A DNA stretch of 64,000 nt from a virus (taxonomy: Duplodnaviria; Caudoviricetes): positions 9,127 to 73,126 of IMG/VR virus record IMGVR_UViG_3300014204_000172. One strand, 5' to 3'. This document shows positions 60,118 to 64,000 of this stretch, one piece after another (position 1 is the stretch's first letter; every line of letters starts with the position of its first letter). The position numbers and the translations under genes were made by a program. The notes beneath the pieces were generated by a model that ran no database searches, was not told where the DNA came from, and saw only the letters and a program-made list of their open reading frames with translations.

Positions 60118-60360
60118 TTAAACCTTTTTAGTCATGAAATCAGTAATCATTACTTTTGATTCTTCGATGGTTAACCTATCGGTAGGCAATTTTTTATTGA
60201 ATCGAAAAACAGCTTTAACCGCAAAAGGGGGTTGATTGAATAGTTTCTGAGCATTAGTAACTAATTCCTCACAGGAATACCCATTCTTTTTAGATTCTTC
60301 ACTTACTGTTTTCTCTAATTCTTCTGTAGTATTTAATAAAGCACCATTTGTTCTAGGCAT
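60118..60360 (-). CDS. Small protein upstream of the sheath
   Basis: YSCEEL...LF...VKAVF...LTIEE..ITDFM pattern and conserved position. Confidence 0.6.
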   Translation of the reverse strand: MPRTNGALLNTTEELEKTVSEESKKNGYSCEELVTNAQKLFNQPPFAVKAVFRFNKKLPTDRLTIEESKVMITDFMTKKV

Positions 60361-60370
60361 TTTTTTCTCC

Positions 60371-61504
60371 TTAGCTAAAGATTCTTCTCCAATATATATG
60401 ATTCAATTTTTCAATCGATAAATCCTGAACATATTTTGACAGATAATATTCACCAGTCAAATTAATTTGCCCATTAATATATGGGTCGGCTTTGGTATTT
60501 AATTTCACATTTCCAAAAAGGTTAAAATATAAAGCGTTATTCATCAAAAACTGTCTAGCATTAGCGAATGATTCCAGAAGAAATTTCATTAAAGGAAATC
60601 TATCTTGAGTTAACGGTGCAAAAATATGTAGAGCTAGACTCATCTGGTATAAATTGATGCTTAATGAAAATTGTTTTACATTTACCGAATCTACTCTGAA
60701 ATAAAAAGCTGGTTTGATTGCTGTAGGTTTCCAAACATCGGTTAACTGTGGACTGCCTTCTATGTAGTAACAATTAGGCATAACTACTTTTAAATAAGTA
60801 AATAGAGCTAAAACTGGATCAGCCAACAAAGGAACTTCGGTAACTATATAAGTATCACCTGCTATAAGAGTTACTCCTATAGTTGCAAAGGTTATAGTAG
60901 TTGACGTATTACTCAATACTGGTCTAACATAAGTTAATCCACCATGGGTAATAGAAATTGATCCAAATTTCCATTGATTGGTTGCATAAGTTTTACTAGA
61001 ACAAATAGTAAAGGTTGCTGAGCCTCCAGTTAATACTCCTGAATCAGTTACCGCATCTAAAGGATTGTAAACTTCTTGACTAGGGAAACCAATTCGATTA
61101 AATGTCATGTGTAATCCATTAATAAATCCATCAATATCTGTTATAGGATCTGAGCGAATCCAGGACAATGATTCCGTACCATTAATTGACTCAAAAAAAG
61201 TTCCGCTTAAAGCATTTTTAACTAATGCTTCTATCGATTCTGGACCTGTTACAGATTTGGATGATATATAAACATCCACAAAGATATTACCCATTAAAAA
61301 TCTAGCTGAATCTTCTTGTATGGATGAATAATAAACAATTCTAGGAAATTGCAAATCATGCGTTATTTCCCATTTTTGGTCGGTATCGATAGGTGCTTCT
61401 CCTTCAAAGACTGCCGGTAATGAATTGAAAGTAGCTAATGAAGCAATCAAAGAACTATCGGTAGTTAATGTGCGATAAAGCAAAACTTCTAAGGAATAAC
61501 TCAT
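60371..61504 (-). CDS. Tail terminator/completion protein with an inserted beta domain
   Basis: N-terminal AVFEGEAP.DTD.KW...FPRIV and C-terminal W.PT..KPAFYFR; about 70-aa insertion (DSGVLTGG...TYIVTEV). Confidence 0.7.
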   Translation of the reverse strand: MSYSLEVLLYRTLTTDSSLIASLATFNSLPAVFEGEAPIDTDQKWEITHDLQFPRIVYYSSIQEDSARFLMGNIFVDVYISSKSVTGPESIEALVKNALSGTFFESINGTESLSWIRSDPITDIDGFINGLHMTFNRIGFPSQEVYNPLDAVTDSGVLTGGSATFTICSSKTYATNQWKFGSISITHGGLTYVRPVLSNTSTTITFATIGVTLIAGDTYIVTEVPLLADPVLALFTYLKVVMPNCYYIEGSPQLTDVWKPTAIKPAFYFRVDSVNVKQFSLSINLYQMSLALHIFAPLTQDRFPLMKFLLESFANARQFLMNNALYFNLFGNVKLNTKADPYINGQINLTGEYYLSKYVQDLSIEKLNHIYWRRIFS

Positions 61505-61984
61505 CTACAAATCCAACTGGTATGATTCTCCAAAGATATTAGCAACTTCATCTTTGGAATCATTAATAATTTTTTCTTTAAATGGTCTTGGTTCCATTTT
61601 GGATGTTCCATTCTCTAATAATTCAGCCAATATATAATTGCCAACTAATAGAACGGAAGAAATGGCTGGATGATATATAGTTTCTTTCCCATTATTTTCA
61701 ATGAACCATCTATTATTCCATGATCTACGAAATGCACCTGTTCTTACTGCTGGTGGTTCACCGGGGGCTGATGCCTGATAAGTAGATTTTTTACTCCCTT
61801 TTTTGTTGCCTGTAAAGGGTAAATTGTAAATCCTGCCCGATCGAGGACCTTTTAAAACATTTAAGGCATTATTCCTTAATACGTTTGAAGATCTAAAACA
61901 CCTTGAAGCTGCCTGATCTTTAACTTGAGTAACCAATTTTTCTACTTCATTAGAAATATCAGGTAATTCATCTGAGTTATTCAT
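61505..61984 (-). CDS. HK97 gp10-like neck/tail completion protein
   Basis: ASAPGEPPAVRTGAFRRSW and LENGTSKMEPRPF motifs; likely start is the ATG at 61984. Confidence 0.82.
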   Translation of the reverse strand: MNNSDELPDISNEVEKLVTQVKDQAASRCFRSSNVLRNNALNVLKGPRSGRIYNLPFTGNKKGSKKSTYQASAPGEPPAVRTGAFRRSWNNRWFIENNGKETIYHPAISSVLLVGNYILAELLENGTSKMEPRPFKEKIINDSKDEVANIFGESYQLDL

Positions 61985-62354
61985 TATGGCTAACCTCAAA
62001 TTCTTGGCGTAAACAATAATATACAGTTTTCCAATTATTTCTAGCTGTCTCAATGGATTGAATATAGTATCTATAATTGTTCGATGCTTGAATTAATGTG
62101 TCTCCTATATTAGCTAAAGGTGAGCCATCATGTACGATGGTGTGACTAATCGGATGCTGTAAAGATAAATATTTGACTACTTCTTTCTGATTGGCTATAC
62201 CAATAACGCCTGTAAAATCCGGGGGCTTTATAGTTTCTGTATGGTCTCTAATGATTCTTCCTCTATTAGAAACCGTGGTATTTTTTAATTCAACATAAAA
62301 AGAATCAAAGAAAGTTGCAATCGGACAATATAAGCCGGACTTTTGGTATAGCAT
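61977..62354 (-). CDS. Head closure (stopper) protein
   Basis: Position after the adaptor; beta-rich, 125 aa. Confidence 0.65.
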   Translation of the reverse strand: MLYQKSGLYCPIATFFDSFYVELKNTTVSNRGRIIRDHTETIKPPDFTGVIGIANQKEVVKYLSLQHPISHTIVHDGSPLANIGDTLIQASNNYRYYIQSIETARNNWKTVYYCLRQEFEVSHNE

Positions 62355-62774
62355 TTATAATCCATCCGTATCTTCACTCGTTGATTGTTCTATATCAAAT
62401 TTACCTCGTTCAAATACATATCCGCCTTCATCAGAAGTTAATGTCGATTCATTAAACAATTCTGGTGGATTGGAACCATTTACTTCTTTTTTCAATTTTT
62501 CATATAACTCTATCCATCGTCTGGCTCTTTCGGACAAATCGAAAGAAACTCCGCCAATAGAAGTGGATACTTCTGGCTGAAATCTCATACATACTGATTC
62601 AACCAATTTTAATTTAGCAACGTACCAGTCATCTACATATAAAGCGATGATAGCTATAATCTCATCGTCTGATAATGCGGCTGAACTAGGATCAGTGTTC
62701 ACATCTCCTAATTCAAACCGCATTCTATCTTTGGTATTGGTAGCTATATTGGCTGGCGTGTATGTATAATCCAC
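62355..62774 (-). CDS. Head-tail adaptor protein
   Basis: KDRMRFELGD...LSDDEI motif; position downstream of the capsid. Confidence 0.75.
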   Translation of the reverse strand: MDYTYTPANIATNTKDRMRFELGDVNTDPSSAALSDDEIIAIIALYVDDWYVAKLKLVESVCMRFQPEVSTSIGGVSFDLSERARRWIELYEKLKKEVNGSNPPELFNESTLTSDEGGYVFERGKFDIEQSTSEDTDGL

Positions 62775-62776
62775 TA

Positions 62777-63175
62777 TTAGACTCCCAACTCCTGAGCTAA
62801 TTTTGTGTAATATGGCTTAGCTTTTTGTCTTGTATCGGAAGTAGCCAAAACAATTAACATATCTGAATCTTTAACTGTTGATAACAATTCAATAAATTTT
62901 AATTCATCATTAATCTTGCATTGTAAAACTCTGAATATGTTTTGTATTTGGTCTTCTCTTAACTCTAACAAATGTTCTTCTTTGTTCTGATCTAAAAATG
63001 GAACACTAATCTTTTTTAATTCCTCAGGAGTATAAATTTTCTTAATCGTTTCATTGTTTAGATAGATATCAATCATTCGGGGGGTGGCGAAGGATGAGTC
63101 AACAACTACTCCTGCGTCCAAATATTTACCCCCCGATTTGATGACTTCACTTTTTAATACTTCATAACTAGGCAT
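62777..63175 (-). CDS. Hypothetical protein downstream of the capsid (possible head-associated)
   Basis: 132-aa ORF; position only. Confidence 0.5.
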   Translation of the reverse strand: MPSYEVLKSEVIKSGGKYLDAGVVVDSSFATPRMIDIYLNNETIKKIYTPEELKKISVPFLDQNKEEHLLELREDQIQNIFRVLQCKINDELKFIELLSTVKDSDMLIVLATSDTRQKAKPYYTKLAQELGV

Positions 63176-63204
63176 TCTTCGTTTGCTCCTTTATTCTATT
63201 TAGT

Positions 63205-64000
63205 TTAGCTTACACAAGCTTCTAAATAGAAACCTAAATCGTCAGAGGTTTTCTTCATATCAATTGAGATTAATCCCTCTTGATATGTGGCATGTGTGCC
63301 AAACTCCCCGTCGCCCTGAGCGATACTAATCCAGTTGTTACCCATGAAATCCCATGCAAAACTGTAACCAGCGGAAGGTGTATCGATTGAAGGGGCATCG
63401 GGGGCAAATACAGCCAACATGTCTTTAGGTCCTATTATTCTACTCATGACTGCTACCTGTCCTTTTGGTTTGGTATTGTATACCTGCTTAGCAACCAGGA
63501 TTTTATCAACGCTAAATAAGGCAGCTAAAGTAGTTTCGTTTACAGTTGCAGGTGAGTTGGTGTTGCCGGATGCATGCTTGACTCGATCCAAAATATCAGG
63601 GTGATCAATTAAGCATTCAAAAACGTCAGCCCCAAAGGCAACTTTGTTGACTGGTCTACGACCTGCGATTTCGATTTGTTTCAAGGCGTATCTAATAGTC
63701 TTTACCGGATCGCCTAGAGATTCATCAAATCTCATAAAGGATGTGCCGGGAACTGCTGGACCAACAGCCAATCCATGTAAGTGATTGGTCCAATTGGCGA
63801 CTCCCCAAAACTTCTGACCGAATGTATAATCCAAATATAGATTAACCTGCTCGGCAATATATCTGGATCGTTGCTGTTCCGGGTTAACTGCTGAGTTCTT
63901 GAAATTTACCTTTTGTAATTCATCCTGACCAGCTATAACTTGTTTCACTTTGCAACTGTAGGAATTGTCAGATAAACCTAACTGTATAGGATCGGTTCTC
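63205..64000 (-). CDS. Major capsid protein (partial; 5' end beyond the window)
   Basis: The frame stays open to the window edge (RTDPIQLGLSDNSYSCKVKQ...). Motifs LIDHPDILDRVK, PSIDTPSAGYSFAW and DLGFYLEACV. Confidence 0.85.
   Translation of the reverse strand, partial: RTDPIQLGLSDNSYSCKVKQVIAGQDELQKVNFKNSAVNPEQQRSRYIAEQVNLYLDYTFGQKFWGVANWTNHLHGLAVGPAVPGTSFMRFDESLGDPVKTIRYALKQIEIAGRRPVNKVAFGADVFECLIDHPDILDRVKHASGNTNSPATVNETTLAALFSVDKILVAKQVYNTKPKGQVAVMSRIIGPKDMLAVFAPDAPSIDTPSAGYSFAWDFMGNNWISIAQGDGEFGTHATYQEGLISIDMKKTSDDLGFYLEACVS

Larger units (their letters stand above)
1..64000 (-). mobile_element. Tailed phage (myovirus-type, PBSX/Xkd-like morphogenesis), near-complete circularly permuted genome
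   Basis: Terminase, portal, MuF, protease, capsid, sheath, tube, tape measure, baseplate, lysis and replication modules are all co-oriented. The protease is cut at the left edge and the capsid at the right edge, consistent with the two edges being neighbours on a circle. Confidence 0.95.

Overview
An AT-rich tailed phage genome with every credible gene on the minus strand. The window appears to be almost a whole circularly permuted genome: it opens inside the prohead protease and closes inside the major capsid gene. In transcription order (high to low coordinates) it holds the capsid, head-tail joining genes, and a PBSX/Xkd-like contractile tail and baseplate. Next come tail fibres, including three C-type-lectin-fold (Mtd-like) proteins, and a lysis cassette (amidase, holin-like protein, papain-like peptidase). 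A terminator/promoter control region follows, then recombination and replication genes (ERF, initiator with iterons, DnaC-like loader, RusA, adenine methylase). A long early accessory region carries ArdC, YopX, an MmcB-like nuclease, a DUF5131 radical SAM protein and an ADP-ribosylglycohydrolase. After it come a 7-deazaguanine DNA-modification cluster, terminase, portal, MuF and a 799-aa protein with two ADP-ribosyltransferase-like domains. I saw no integrase, tRNA, CRISPR array or reverse transcriptase. The three strongest leads are: (1) a preQ0 pathway with a glycosyltransferase and a HAD phosphatase embedded in it, joined through three ParB-like genes and a DpdA/TGT-like gene to the terminase; (2) a complete type II hammerhead ribozyme with a loop-tail pseudoknot, two genes upstream of the ADP-ribosylhydrolase; (3) a head-module tandem-ART protein plus a phage-encoded ART eraser. 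All family assignments come from motifs read by eye, not from database searches.
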